Source of the DNA: Minisyncoccota bacterium
Lineage (GTDB): Bacteria; Patescibacteriota; Minisyncoccia; Phycocordibacterales; JACRKE01
Assembly (NCBI GenBank): GCA_041660505.1
Contig: JBAZWG010000001.1
Location: forward strand, 23,758-87,757
Direction of reading: 5' to 3'
Length of the DNA: 64,000 nucleotides
Shown here: piece by piece, positions 39,130-49,396 of the stretch
Numbering within the stretch: position 1 is the first letter of the stretch
How the letters are laid out: every line of letters begins with the position of its first letter
Notes under the pieces: model-generated
Databases searched by the model: none
Told to the model about the DNA's origin: nothing
What the model saw: only the letters and a program-made list of their open reading frames with translations
Translations under genes and position numbers: made by a program

Positions 39130-41405
39130 GCTTTTATTGTATCATAGTCGTCAAGCTTTACGGAGAGGACGCGCGAGATTGCATCGTTGCCTAAGGTTAT
39201 ACCATACAGAATGCCGGCATGAGCCATCGTCTCGCGATTATGCGTGATAATGATGAGCTGAGTCTGTGAAGAGAGCGCTTCAAGCATATCGCCATATTTT
39301 TTGGAATTAGACTCGTCGAGCGCGGCGTCTGTCTCGTCTAATACTAAAAATGGCGGCGGATTTACCTGCGTAACAGCGAACAAGAGTGCTATCGAGACCA
39401 ATGTTCTTTCGCCACCGGACAAGAGATCCAACGAGCGAATTTTCTTGCGTGGGAGAGAGACGTCTATCTCGAGACCGAGCTCGGGTTTATCAGGTATTAC
39501 AGGGGCTAATTCTTGTGTAAGTTCATCCGCAACTTTTACTCGTTTGATTTTTTCCGCAACTTTGAGTGAAGCCGTTCCTCCGCCGAAAAGTAATTCAAAA
39601 TACTTCGCGAACTCTGCATTTATTTTCTCTATCCCGGACTCGAATTGTGTCTCAAGCTTTTTCTCCAGCTCTGTCTTGACCTGCTCCAATGCTAACCGAC
39701 TTTTCTCCAGATCTGCGACTTCTGTCATTAAGAATGTATCGCGCTCTTTGGTCGCGTCGTACTCCTTGAGTACATCGGTGTTGACTCCGCCAAATTCCTC
39801 GATACGCGCTCGCATACGCTCAATCTTACGCCAGAGTGTCTCGAGCTCGTCTTTGGACTTTAGTGTTATCCCACCCTCTCCTTCGGGGAGGGTCAGGGAG
39901 GGGCTAAGCAAGTTCTTTTGTATCACATACGATATATCAGACAATGCCTGCTTCAGATTCTTCTCGCGTTCATCCACTTGCGCCACAAGTAAAGTCAGAC
40001 TGTCAATACGCGCAGTCAAACGCTCCAGCGTTATCTCCTCCTCGTGCGAACGCTTCTCGGCCTCGATTGACTCCTGCGCCAGTAAATCTCGTGACACGCG
40101 CAGGCGGGCAGTTTGCTCACGCATTACCTTCTCCTTCGTCTCACGTTCGGCAATCTCGTGCCGTTGCATCTCGAGGTCGAAGGTGAGGGCTGATATCTCG
40201 TTGCCAAGTTCTTGCCGACGCGTCTCGTTCTCATCTCCCGCATTTGCATCGTCGCCCCTATGATATAAACCTTGAATATCTTTTATAAGCTCGCGAACCT
40301 TAGCCTTCAAAAAATTAATGTCAGCCAAACTCTCAAGCTCATGCACCAGTGCGCTCGCGCGATGTACGAGTGACGAGAGATGTGTTTCTGATATTTTAAC
40401 AAAACTCTCGCTAGTGCTGTTCGCCGGTGAGGCGAGCGTCGTCAGTGTTCGCTGCTTTTCTCCCAAAGCACCCTCCATCTTGCCAACTTCACGCGATAAT
40501 TCTAGCCGTTCATAGGTAATCTTACTGATTTCCGCCTCTGACTCTCTGATATTTTTATCAAGCTCTTGGGTAGCGCGATTCTCGGCGTGCTTGCCTTGTT
40601 GTGCACGCTCGCGGCGCGTCACATCGAGCTTGTCGCGCTCAAGTTTATATCGCTCCAGTTCTATCACATGCGCCTGCCGTTCTTCATCCAGCCGGCCAAA
40701 GGTGTGAGTAAAGTAGTCGCGCGCCAACGCCTCAAGCTCGATACGCACCGCTTCGGTTTTGCGAATTTGCTCTACTTGTTTCTCTAAATATTTAAGATGA
40801 GGTGCCAATTCTTTTCGCAGGAGTTCGACCTGCTTCAAGTTCTCTTCTGTCTTCGCCAGCTTTCTCTCACTCTCGTCTTTCTTATATTCTATTAAAGACA
40901 AGCCGAGTGCGTCATCGATCATCTCGCGTCGCTCTGTGCTCGAGGCATAGAGAAGTCTATCCGCCTCGCCTTGGCTGATAATATGATGCTGTGAGGTGCC
41001 GAGGCCGGCGCCCGCAAGTAGTTCTACAATATCTTTTAATCTAACTTTAGAATTGTTTAAATAGTATTCATTAACGCCGTCACGATACACATGCCGTGAT
41101 ATAGTAACTTCATCGAAGTCTATGTTAAGAAATCTGGAGACGTTATTTAACGTGACAGCGACAGACGCATGCTGTAAACGTTGTGCAGTTTGTGAGCCAT
41201 GAAAGATAAAATCCTCGCCTTTCTTGGCGCGCATGCCTTTAGCTGATTGATCGCCCAAGACCCATCTGAATGCCTCCACAACATTACTCTTGCCGGAGCC
41301 ATTAGGCCCCACCACGGCCGTAACCGGTGAGCTGAATTCGAATTTGGTCTTCTTGGCAAAAGATTTAAAACCGGCTATCTCTAGCGACTTGAGGTACATA
41401 GACAT
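39126..41405 (-). CDS. smc: SMC-family chromosome segregation ATPase (short form, 759 aa)
   Basis: N-terminal Walker A GPNGSGKSN. C-terminal signature LSGGERTLVSIALLFA and Walker B LDETDAALD. Central coiled-coil much shorter than canonical SMC. Confidence 0.8.
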   Translation of the reverse strand: MSMYLKSLEIAGFKSFAKKTKFEFSSPVTAVVGPNGSGKSNVVEAFRWVLGDQSAKGMRAKKGEDFIFHGSQTAQRLQHASVAVTLNNVSRFLNIDFDEVTISRHVYRDGVNEYYLNNSKVRLKDIVELLAGAGLGTSQHHIISQGEADRLLYASSTERREMIDDALGLSLIEYKKDESERKLAKTEENLKQVELLRKELAPHLKYLEKQVEQIRKTEAVRIELEALARDYFTHTFGRLDEERQAHVIELERYKLERDKLDVTRRERAQQGKHAENRATQELDKNIRESEAEISKITYERLELSREVGKMEGALGEKQRTLTTLASPANSTSESFVKISETHLSSLVHRASALVHELESLADINFLKAKVRELIKDIQGLYHRGDDANAGDENETRRQELGNEISALTFDLEMQRHEIAERETKEKVMREQTARLRVSRDLLAQESIEAEKRSHEEEITLERLTARIDSLTLLVAQVDEREKNLKQALSDISYVIQKNLLSPSLTLPEGEGGITLKSKDELETLWRKIERMRARIEEFGGVNTDVLKEYDATKERDTFLMTEVADLEKSRLALEQVKTELEKKLETQFESGIEKINAEFAKYFELLFGGGTASLKVAEKIKRVKVADELTQELAPVIPDKPELGLEIDVSLPRKKIRSLDLLSGGERTLVSIALLFAVTQVNPPPFLVLDETDAALDESNSKKYGDMLEALSSQTQLIIITHNRETMAHAGILYGITLGNDAISRVLSVKLDDYDTIKA

Positions 41406-41460
41406 ATAATATCATAGCGAAGGTTTTACAGTAGTGGACAATGTGCTATATTCACAATAT

Positions 41461-42561
41461 ATGAAAAAGAAAACAGGGGGCAAGATCAGAGTTGGGGTGC
41501 TGTTCGGCGGGAAGTCGGCAGAGCATGAGGTTTCTTTACAGTCGGCGCAAAATATCATTAAGGCTTTAGACAGGACGAAGTATGACGTGGTGCCTATTGG
41601 CATTGACAAGCATGGCAAGTGGCTTTTGCACGACCCGTTGAACTACCTTCTAAATGCAGCCGATCCTAAGTTAATCAAACTGAACTCCTCAAGTAGAAGT
41701 GTAGCACTTGCTCCAGAAAGCGCCGGGAAGATTACTGCGCTTTCTACACAGGAGCCGATGGGTAGTATCGATGTGGTGTTCCCTGTCTTGCACGGACCAT
41801 TTGGTGAGGACGGCAGTATTCAGGGCTTACTTAAAGTTGCCAACGTGCCATTCGTCGGCGCAGGCGTGCTCGGTTCGGCCGTCGGGATGGACAAGGATGT
41901 GATGAAGCGATTACTCCGCGACGCCGGCATACCGATTGGTAAATTTATCACCGTGGCCGGTTATGAAAAAATTACATTTGCGCAAGCTAAGAAGAAATTA
42001 GGTACCCCACTATTCATAAAGCCGGCCAACATGGGCTCATCGGTTGGCGTGAGCAAGGTAAAGAATGAGAAAGAATTTAAATCAGCGCTAGCAGAAGCAT
42101 TTAAATACGATACAAAAGTTTTGATAGAAGAGATGATAGTAGGCAGAGAGATAGAATGTTCCGTCCTCGGCAATGAGCATCCGATGGCATCGGTGCCGGG
42201 CGAAGTCATCCCGCATCAAGACTTCTACTCCTATGATGCGAAGTATATTGACCCGGACGGAGCGGGCTTAGAAGTGCCGGCAAAATTGCCAAAAAATATT
42301 GTAAAGAAAGTGCAAGACGTAGCGATAAAGACATTCAAGGCACTGAACTGTGAGGGACTCGGTAGAGTTGATATGTTCCTCAAGAAGAACGGTCAGATTT
42401 TCGTGAATGAAATCAACACTATCCCTGGCTTTACCAAAATCAGCATGTACCCCAAGCTGTGGGAAGCCTCCGGCATGCCGCAACCAAAACTACTTGATAA
42501 TCTCATCAAATTGGGAATCGAACGCTTCGAACGAGATCAGAAATTGCAGACAGAGAAGTAG
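41461..42561 (+). CDS. ddl: D-alanine--D-alanine ligase
   Basis: [14 protein letters not shown] and ATP-grasp motifs ([19 protein letters not shown]). Alternative GTG start at 41434. Confidence 0.9.
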   Translation: MKKKTGGKIRVGVLFGGKSAEHEVSLQSAQNIIKALDRTKYDVVPIGIDKHGKWLLHDPLNYLLNAADPKLIKLNSSSRSVALAPESAGKITALSTQEPMGSIDVVFPVLHGPFGEDGSIQGLLKVANVPFVGAGVLGSAVGMDKDVMKRLLRDAGIPIGKFITVAGYEKITFAQAKKKLGTPLFIKPANMGSSVGVSKVKNEKEFKSALAEAFKYDTKVLIEEMIVGREIECSVLGNEHPMASVPGEVIPHQDFYSYDAKYIDPDGAGLEVPAKLPKNIVKKVQDVAIKTFKALNCEGLGRVDMFLKKNGQIFVNEINTIPGFTKISMYPKLWEASGMPQPKLLDNLIKLGIERFERDQKLQTEK

Positions 42562-42628
42562 ATTCGATAAGTTGAAGTTCGCAACGAATTGTGTTAGTTA
42601 TGTACACGGAAGTGCTGAAAGGAGTTCT

Positions 42629-42997
42629 ATGAAAATAAAGGTTCTTGGTTATGGGCCTGCGGACCTGCTTGAGCAAATCTTAAAGCAGGAATGGTCACCG
42701 TGTAATGATGGTGGTCAAAATTTCACGTCCATCACTGTCAAGAGCGGAGAGCTCAAGGCCTGCTTCTCAGTGCCTCGAGGCAAGGAGGAATTCATTCACA
42801 CTGCTCTGTTCTTGGTACGCGTGGGACGCAAGAGAGGCGTGTCCGTTCGTAACGCATTCGTCACGCTTACATTCTTCGACTTGCTGTGCAAGAGCGGGAG
42901 AAGGGCTCTCTTGCTCAATGGCAACCGCCTAGTGGAGAGACCTTCTGGGAAGAAACCTGTGCGCTACTGCGCCACCTTTACCTTCGAAAACACGTAG
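42629..42997 (+). CDS. Hypothetical protein (122 aa), GC-rich orphan
   Basis: SD aaaggag 5 nt upstream of the ATG. Overlaps the ddl 3' end in another frame. Followed by terminator-like element A. Confidence 0.5.
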   Translation: MKIKVLGYGPADLLEQILKQEWSPCNDGGQNFTSITVKSGELKACFSVPRGKEEFIHTALFLVRVGRKRGVSVRNAFVTLTFFDLLCKSGRRALLLNGNRLVERPSGKKPVRYCATFTFENT

Positions 42998-43005
42998 CTC
43001 CTGCC

Positions 43006-43058
43006 AAGCTGCCGGAAAGTTGCTGTAACCGCACTTCCCGGCAGCTTTTCGTTTTATA
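43006..43058 (+). terminator. Terminator-like conserved element, copy A (diverged)
   Basis: aagctgccgg...ccggcagctt 10-bp stem plus ttcgtttt. Loop sequence related to the 53-bp elements at 48666 and 49397. Confidence 0.6.
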
Positions 43059-43085
43059 AGCTAGCACACAAGACTACCTTGTGTG

Positions 43086-43769
43086 CTACCAGCCAAGTTT
43101 ATCGAGGGCGCTTCGCGCGGCGTCTTGCTCCGCTTCTTGTTTGGACGGGCCTTTGCCTTTTGTAATCAGATCCGGGCCAAGGAAGACGCCTACGGTAAAG
43201 ACTTTGTCATGGTCGGGACCTTCTTCGCCCACCACTTCGTAGCGCGGGGTGACACTGCGTTTTTCTTGTGACACTTCTTGCAGAGCACTCTTTGCGTCAC
43301 GCCACAACTTCTTTTTTACTATCTCATCGGTTTTTGGAATTAAAGTACGGGCGATAAAGTCCTTGGCTACAGCATAACCTTGATCAAGATATATAGCGCC
43401 AATGATTGCCTCATAGGCGTTGGCCAATATCGACTGGCGTGCGCGTCCGGTATCTTTGGCTTCACCCTTAGACATTAGCAAGAACTTCTGAACGTCGAGC
43501 GATGACGAAATCTGAGAAATACTCACTGTATTCACCAACGCCGCTCTATATGCTGTGAGCTCGCCCTCCCACACTTTGGGGTATTTGTGATAGAGATATT
43601 CCGTCACCACTAATTCTAAAACTGCATCGCCAAGAAATTCAAGCCGTTCATTGTGCGAAAGCTGGAAGCTGGGATTCTCATTTAAATATGACCGATGCGT
43701 CAAAGCCTGCTGGATATATTCTCTATTTTGGAACTGTACGCCGATGGTCTTTTCGAATTTTTCTAGCAT
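43086..43769 (-). CDS. rnc: Ribonuclease III
   Basis: ERLEFLGDAVLELVVTEYLY signature. C-terminal dsRBD. Confidence 0.95.
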   Translation of the reverse strand: MLEKFEKTIGVQFQNREYIQQALTHRSYLNENPSFQLSHNERLEFLGDAVLELVVTEYLYHKYPKVWEGELTAYRAALVNTVSISQISSSLDVQKFLLMSKGEAKDTGRARQSILANAYEAIIGAIYLDQGYAVAKDFIARTLIPKTDEIVKKKLWRDAKSALQEVSQEKRSVTPRYEVVGEEGPDHDKVFTVGVFLGPDLITKGKGPSKQEAEQDAARSALDKLGW

Positions 43770-43837
43770 AAAATTATTTTGTCTTAGAAGGCGAGGCCTT
43801 GAGCATCTAGAAGGCCTCGCCTTCTAATTCCTAGTCA

Positions 43838-44758
43838 TTATTTCGCGACAAGTGTTATGGCTTTAGTAATTATTGGTATTAAATCGTCATAAATTTTAAG
43901 GTGTACGACTTCATGCACCTCAAACCATCTTGCATCGTCAAGGCCGGTGGAATTGTGGATTAACTCATCGCGCAAAGGCGCCTTGAGCAAGAAATATACT
44001 ACTTGTCGGCGCACCTTCCCTGAGTGCTCGTCATTCGCTATGTATTCGTTGTGCCCTAAGTCGGCCTCAACCACCGTGTGTAAACCCAACTCTTCTTCTA
44101 TCTTTCTCACGACAGCGTCTTTGTCATTCTCTCCCGAATCGATATGACCTTTCGACAGCGTCCAGAATCCGAAAATATCATGCACGAGAGCTAAATAAAT
44201 TTCTCCATCTTCTACTGTATATACAACTCCTCCCGCTATTTTCTCTACGTTCATTTTTTCGAGATCGGCAGGAGAATAATCTTGGATTTTATTGCGTGAT
44301 TTTTTCTCCTTCTTCTTCGGCTTCTCGTTCTTGCCCGGCTCGCCCATCTCTTTATATACCGTGCCGAGCACGCCGTTCACAAATCTGCCAGACGATTCCC
44401 CGCCGAACGTCTTCGCCAGTTCTATCGATTCATTAATGGCAACTTTGGCTGGCACCTCGCCCTTCTCCGAAAATAAAAGCTCGTATAAGCCGATACGCAG
44501 GATGTTGCGATCAACCATCGAGATTTTATCCAATGGCCATTCCGGCGCGGCCTTCACAATAAGCTGGTCAAGCGCACTGCGTTTACTGGCAACGCCTTGT
44601 GCGAGAACGTCAACAAATTCCCTGTCGGTCAGACCGGGTCCGAATTCTTCTATATTTTTCTCGAGGATATGCGGGAGGTTAGCCAAGGGCTGACTGCGGA
44701 AGTCGAGCTCAAAGAGTGATTGTAAAACGATACTTCTTGAAAGGTGCCTATTGGCCAT
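43838..44758 (-). CDS. NusB-domain / NUDIX hydrolase fusion protein
   Basis: N-terminal NusB helices (RHLSRSIVLQSLFELDFRS...DRNILRIGLYELLF). Lys-rich linker. C-terminal Nudix box GHIDSGENDKDAVVRKIEEELGL. Confidence 0.8.
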   Translation of the reverse strand: MANRHLSRSIVLQSLFELDFRSQPLANLPHILEKNIEEFGPGLTDREFVDVLAQGVASKRSALDQLIVKAAPEWPLDKISMVDRNILRIGLYELLFSEKGEVPAKVAINESIELAKTFGGESSGRFVNGVLGTVYKEMGEPGKNEKPKKKEKKSRNKIQDYSPADLEKMNVEKIAGGVVYTVEDGEIYLALVHDIFGFWTLSKGHIDSGENDKDAVVRKIEEELGLHTVVEADLGHNEYIANDEHSGKVRRQVVYFLLKAPLRDELIHNSTGLDDARWFEVHEVVHLKIYDDLIPIITKAITLVAK

Positions 44759-44806
44759 GTCGAAATTTATTGTACCCCAGAATTCAAAAAGGTTCAAGCA
44801 AAACAA

Positions 44807-44842
44807 GAGGTTCGACCTTTTAGATGCTCAAGGTCGAACCTC
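44807..44842 (-). terminator. Palindromic terminator family gaggttcgacctt / aaggtcgaacctc (copy 1), downstream of rpmF
   Basis: 13-bp perfect stem with A-run on the plus strand upstream (U-run for the minus transcript). Near-identical copy at 60067-60102. Confidence 0.65.
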
Positions 44843-44860
44843 TAAACGTGAGTGGAAAAA

Positions 44861-45082
44861 CTATGACTGCTTTGCCGCGTCTGCTTTTCTCTTCTTTTTG
44901 TCTTCAGCCTTCTTGGTCTTCTTCATGACATCGATGATTTCACGGCCATTATAACTGCCGCAGGTCATGCAGAGCGTGTGTGAGCGGACAGGAGCTTTGC
45001 ACTTAGGGCAAACGCTCTTAGGCGTCTCGGTCAGCGCGTGATGGGATCGTCTATTGTCGCGGTGTGCCCGCGTATGTCGCAT
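44861..45082 (-). CDS. rpmF: 50S ribosomal protein L32
   Basis: MRHTRAHRDNRRSHHAL...CPKC...CMTCGSY zinc ribbon typical of bL32. Confidence 0.85.
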   Translation of the reverse strand: MRHTRAHRDNRRSHHALTETPKSVCPKCKAPVRSHTLCMTCGSYNGREIIDVMKKTKKAEDKKKRKADAAKQS

Positions 45083-45178
45083 GTGTACTACCATTTCAGT
45101 ATTATTTATTGTTTATTTCTTGTTGGGCAAATAATACCCTATTTTAACCAAAAACGCAAATTTTCTTTATTCATAATA

Positions 45179-48100
45179 ATGAGCTACACTGCATACACCA
45201 TGCGACCCTTCGTTCACCTCCACACACACTCTCACTATTCCCTGCTCGATGGGTTATCAAAAACAGAGGAACTCATTAGGCTCGCGAAGCAGTATGAGAT
45301 GCCGGCATTGGCGGTGACTGACCACGGCAACATGTACGGCGCCATCGAGTTCTATCAATATTGCAAAAAAAAAGATATCAAACCTATCTTCGGCTTCGAG
45401 GCTTACGTTGCCAATCGTACAAGATTCGACAAACAACCGGGTATCGATAATAAAAGATATCACCTCACACTGCTTGCAGAAAATTTCACCGGTTACAAGA
45501 ATCTGATGAAGCTCGTCACCAAGTCTTCGCTCGAAGGCTATTATTACAAGCCTCGCGTTGACAAAGAATTGCTAAAAGAATGTGCTGAAGGACTAATTTG
45601 TTTGTCCGGTTGCCTTGGTAGCGAGCTAGGGCGAGCAGTCCAATCCGGCGACGAAGCGGAAGCTTATCGCGTCATAGACGAGTATCAAAATATCTTCGGT
45701 AAAGATAATTATTATCTCGAGATAATGGCGCACGACAGTATTGCCGATGTAAAAACGATGCGCGAGTTTATCATAAGAGCATCGAAGAAGACGGGTATCC
45801 CGCTTGTCGCTACGCAAGACTCTCATTACCTACACAAAGACGACAAACACGCGCACGAGACATTACTCGCCATCAACACCGACGGCACGACGACCGACGC
45901 CAACCGCTACAGCTTCGGCGAAATGGACGGCTCCTTTATTAACGGCGATGAAGCCTATGAACTTTTTAAGGACACACCGGAGGCCTGCGATAATACTTTA
46001 AAAATAGCGGAGCGTTGCAACGTTGAGCTGACTCTGGGTAAATTTATCTTCCCCAACTTCCCTCTCCCTGAAGGGAAAAGTGCCGACGACTTCTTGCGCG
46101 AGAAAACATTCGCCGGTATCGAGCGCCGCGGGCTTACTGGTAAACCGGAAGTAGTCGAGCGCTTGGAGTATGAGCTTGGGATAATTAAGATGAAAGGTTA
46201 TGCCGCCTATTTCCACGTCGTGGAGGACCTGATACGATTCGCCACCGAACGTAATATCTACAGCAACATTCGTGGTTCGGTTGCAGGTTCGATGACTACA
46301 TATTTACTCGGCATTACGAAGATCGACCCGCTGGTTTATAAAATCCCGTTCGAACGATTCCTTAATCCTGAACGTCCGTCGGCGCCAGATATTGATATGG
46401 ACTTCGCCGATAATCGGCGCGAAGAAGTGCTTGAATATACTAAAGAAAAGTATGGGCATGACTATGTGGCGCAAGTAGGCACGTTCGGCACGATGCTCGC
46501 GCGAGGCTCTGTACGTGATGTGGCACGGGCACTCGGTCATCCATATATATTGGGCGACAGCATTTCCAAGCTCATCCCGCTTGGCTCTCAAGGCTTCCCT
46601 ATGACTATTGAACACGCCTTCGAGGTAGAGCCGGAGCTCCAGAAAATGTACGACGCTGATCCGAAAGTAAAAGATATTATAGATATCGCGAAGAAGCTAG
46701 AGGGGTGCGTGCGCCACGTCTCGGTGCATGCGGCCGGTGTCGTCATCGCGCCCAATCCGCTCATCGAGTACGCCCCGCTCCAGCTTGACCCCAAGGGTGG
46801 TAAAATTATTACGCAGTACGATATGTATACCGTGGGTGAAGATGGCGTTGGACTGACGAAATTTGACTTTTTGGGAATCAGAAATCTCTCAATTCTTGCC
46901 GACGCCGTTCGCATAGTAAAAGCCGTACGCAACGAAGACATAGATATAGAAGCAATACCCTTGGATGATAAGAAAACATTTCAGATGCTCGCGCGCGGAG
47001 AGACGATGGGGCTCTTCCAACTGAACGGCCAAGGCATGACTAAATTCTTGAAAGATTTGAAGGCGACCAGCATTCACGACATCAACGCCATGGTGGCTCT
47101 CTATCGCCCGGGCCCGATCCAATTCATTCCGGAATATATTAAGCGCAAGCATAATCCCGAACTTGTCTCATACCTTGACCCGGCGCTTGAGAAAATCCTG
47201 AAGCAGACGTACGGCATCTTGGTCTATCAAGACGACCTCTTGATGATGGCGCACGATCTCGCTGGTTACAGCTGGGGTGAGGTTGATAAATTCCGCAAGG
47301 CTGTCGGCAAGAAGATCCCGGCAGAGATGGAAGCGCAAAAAGAGAAGTTTATAAAGGGTTGTGTTGCTGTGTCTAAATGGCCGCAGAAGAAGGCGGAGGA
47401 AATTTGGGCGTGGATAGAGCCCTTTGCCGCGTATGGCTTTAACAAGGCTCACAGCGCTTCGTATGGCCGAGTAGCCTATCAGACATCATATATGAAGGCC
47501 AACTTCCCTGCCGAATATATGACCGCGGTACTCACGGCGGAGTCGGGCGATGTGGACGAAGTGGCTGCCGTCATCGATGAATGCAAGCGGATGAAGATAC
47601 CGGTCTTGCCACCGTCTATTAACGAGAGTCTCGGCGACTTCGCTGTCGTCAAGAAAGCATCCGGTGATGAAATCAGGTTCGGATTATACACGATAAAAAA
47701 TCTGGGTACCGAAATTGCGAACTCTATTATAGAGAACAGAACGGAGCATGGGTTTTTTAAGTCTCTTGCCGATTTCTTCGACCGCGTGAGACACAAAAAT
47801 TTGAATAAGAAGTCGCTCGAGGCGCTTATTAAGTCCGGTGCCATGGACGAGCTTGGTGAGCGCGGGGCTATGATCTTTAATCTCGACGACGCTCTGCAAT
47901 ATAATAAAGAAGCGGCAAGTACGGCACACCAGTCGTCCTTATTCGGTCTGTTGGATGAACCGCATGTGGCCGCGGCACTGACGCTTAAGCTTGCGCCACC
48001 GGCGACGCTTATGGAGAAGCTAGCGTGGGAGAAGGAATTATTAGGCCTCTATATCTCCGGCCATCCGTTAGAAAAACATCGCGAAAAATTTGAGAAGTCC

Positions 48101-48388
48101 GGAATTACAATCACAAGCATAAAGGCGCAGACCGACGGCGCGGTCGTGGCCTTCGGCGGGCTCATAGAAGAGCTCAAGGCGATATTTACAAAGAAGGGCG
48201 ACCACATGGCGTTCATGAAAGTGTCGGACTTTACCAACCAAATCGAGGTTGTCGTCTTCCCCAAAGTGCTTGAAGAATTCAAAGCAATAGCCATACCCGA
48301 AAAATGTGTGGCCATCCGTGGCCGCCTCTCATTCCGCAACGGTGAACCGAGCATAATTGCGAGCGCGTTCAAGAGCCTTGACGAATAA
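45179..48388 (+). CDS. dnaE: DNA polymerase III alpha subunit
   Basis: PHP domain FVHLHTHSHYSLLDG. Palm/fingers motifs. About 1070 aa from the ATG at 45179. Confidence 0.95.
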   Translation: MSYTAYTMRPFVHLHTHSHYSLLDGLSKTEELIRLAKQYEMPALAVTDHGNMYGAIEFYQYCKKKDIKPIFGFEAYVANRTRFDKQPGIDNKRYHLTLLAENFTGYKNLMKLVTKSSLEGYYYKPRVDKELLKECAEGLICLSGCLGSELGRAVQSGDEAEAYRVIDEYQNIFGKDNYYLEIMAHDSIADVKTMREFIIRASKKTGIPLVATQDSHYLHKDDKHAHETLLAINTDGTTTDANRYSFGEMDGSFINGDEAYELFKDTPEACDNTLKIAERCNVELTLGKFIFPNFPLPEGKSADDFLREKTFAGIERRGLTGKPEVVERLEYELGIIKMKGYAAYFHVVEDLIRFATERNIYSNIRGSVAGSMTTYLLGITKIDPLVYKIPFERFLNPERPSAPDIDMDFADNRREEVLEYTKEKYGHDYVAQVGTFGTMLARGSVRDVARALGHPYILGDSISKLIPLGSQGFPMTIEHAFEVEPELQKMYDADPKVKDIIDIAKKLEGCVRHVSVHAAGVVIAPNPLIEYAPLQLDPKGGKIITQYDMYTVGEDGVGLTKFDFLGIRNLSILADAVRIVKAVRNEDIDIEAIPLDDKKTFQMLARGETMGLFQLNGQGMTKFLKDLKATSIHDINAMVALYRPGPIQFIPEYIKRKHNPELVSYLDPALEKILKQTYGILVYQDDLLMMAHDLAGYSWGEVDKFRKAVGKKIPAEMEAQKEKFIKGCVAVSKWPQKKAEEIWAWIEPFAAYGFNKAHSASYGRVAYQTSYMKANFPAEYMTAVLTAESGDVDEVAAVIDECKRMKIPVLPPSINESLGDFAVVKKASGDEIRFGLYTIKNLGTEIANSIIENRTEHGFFKSLADFFDRVRHKNLNKKSLEALIKSGAMDELGERGAMIFNLDDALQYNKEAASTAHQSSLFGLLDEPHVAAALTLKLAPPATLMEKLAWEKELLGLYISGHPLEKHREKFEKSGITITSIKAQTDGAVVAFGGLIEELKAIFTKKGDHMAFMKVSDFTNQIEVVVFPKVLEEFKAIAIPEKCVAIRGRLSFRNGEPSIIASAFKSLDE

Positions 48389-48435
48389 TAAATACTATTG
48401 TAGCTTGTCGAAAGAAGCGGGAAGAGTGAGTTGTC

Positions 48436-48654
48436 ATGGCAAATCTATTCGGAGCCGTGTCGATGATTCTACTGGGAATTTCCGGTTTCGCTGCTGGAGT
48501 TTCGGTCATGGACCATGCTGGTGGTGCTGAATTTATCAACGCAATCAGCAGCCGTGCATGGTTCTGGGAGGTGATAACGCTAACGTTTTTCATCATGGGC
48601 GCGTTCCTGCATGTAATCGCCCTCAACGAGATGTTGAAACCTCGTGGGCGATAG
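48436..48654 (+). CDS. Small membrane protein (hypothetical, 72 aa)
   Basis: Two TM segments. Immediately followed by the 53-bp terminator-like element B. Confidence 0.4.
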   Translation: MANLFGAVSMILLGISGFAAGVSVMDHAGGAEFINAISSRAWFWEVITLTFFIMGAFLHVIALNEMLKPRGR

Positions 48655-48665
48655 CTCTTTTCATA

Positions 48666-48718
48666 GCTGCCGGAGGAAGTTGTCTTAACACCGCTTCCAA
48701 GGGCAGCTTTCTTCGTTT
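48666..48718 (+). terminator. 53-bp terminator-like element B (identical to C)
   Basis: agctgccggaggaagttgtcttaacaccgcttccaagggcagctttcttcgtt. Nested stems agctgcc/ggcagct and ggaag/cttcc, then a U-rich tail. Confidence 0.65.
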
Positions 48719-48726
48719 ATATTAAT

Positions 48727-48757
48727 ACTTAGAGAGCTGAACTCTCTAAAATAGGGG
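48727..48757. repeat. REP-like palindrome family 1, copy 4 (agagagctgaactctct, one mismatch)
   Basis: Same element and trailing aaaatagg context as the copies at 7.6-8.7 kb, 40 kb away. Confidence 0.8.
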
Positions 48758-48849
48758 TTTTTGCAGATTGCATTTGCTTGATGCGCAAGTTGTGTGTCTT
48801 GAAATCTTTTCCACTTCCTAAACCTTCAGTTCAGAGCTAAAATAACTGA

Positions 48850-49119
48850 ATGAAAACCGAGGACCTGGCAGTCATGATAAAAAAGCAATTCGACGTTATG
48901 GGTATGCAACTCAGAAATATTGATTATGGGATAGAAAAACTTGAGGTCAAGAACGACAACCTCGAGAACCAATTGACACAGGTTCGAGCCGATCTAACGA
49001 AAGTAAAACAGGATGTTGAGTTCATCCGTGAAAACAATGTGTTTAAAATCGAACACGAGGACTTACGGTCGCGCGTAGGAAAGATTGAATCGAAACTCAA
49101 GCTTCGTTTGAAGGTTTAG
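48850..49119 (+). CDS. Small coiled-coil protein, paralog of 23666..23932
   Basis: 89 aa, heptad-rich. Shared KVKQDVEFIRENN / HEDLRSRVGKIESK blocks. Confidence 0.5.
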   Translation: MKTEDLAVMIKKQFDVMGMQLRNIDYGIEKLEVKNDNLENQLTQVRADLTKVKQDVEFIRENNVFKIEHEDLRSRVGKIESKLKLRLKV

Positions 49120-49224
49120 CTCGCTGAATCTCCCACCCCAAAAAGTTTAGGGACTATTTCAGCTTGACGAATAACATATTTTATATTAATTTCATTGTTA
49201 ATGATGTAGGGATAGGAGGTGAAC

Positions 49225-49380
49225 ATGATCTGTGTAGTGAAGGTGAATTATCCCAAATGCAAGAAGTGTGGCTGTGATACAGAGCGCACCGGAGGATGGC
49301 GAGGCGATGTTGGTCTCGATTACCTTCGATGTACAAAGTGCGGCCACAAACAAACTAGCCGGGTTTATACCTGGCGATGA
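49225..49380 (+). CDS. Zinc-ribbon mini-protein (51 aa), unannotated
   Basis: MICVVKVNYPKCKKCGCDTERTGGWRGDVGLDYLRCTKCGHKQTSRVYTWR with CxxC...CxxC. SD ggaggt upstream. Followed by element C. Confidence 0.35.
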   Translation: MICVVKVNYPKCKKCGCDTERTGGWRGDVGLDYLRCTKCGHKQTSRVYTWR

Positions 49381-49396
49381 CCGTGTTGCAGCACCA

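Noticed and set aside
15866-40263. Numerous 60-320-aa ORFs antisense to rpoC, rpoB, copA, the RND pump, the adaptor and smc (for example 15866..16303, 20848..21300, 34069..34734, 39301..40263)
   Set aside because: Shadow ORFs inside long confidently assigned genes. Ser/Arg/Pro-rich low-complexity translations.
42407-42997. 196-aa ORF starting inside ddl
   Set aside because: The first 74 codons overlap the ddl 3' end out of frame. An SD-preceded internal ATG at 42629 is the credible start.
43063-43092. Hairpin agcacacaag...cttgtgtgct overlapping the rnc stop, as a terminator
   Set aside because: No U-run on either strand. Likely just a stable hairpin or part of the preceding terminator region.
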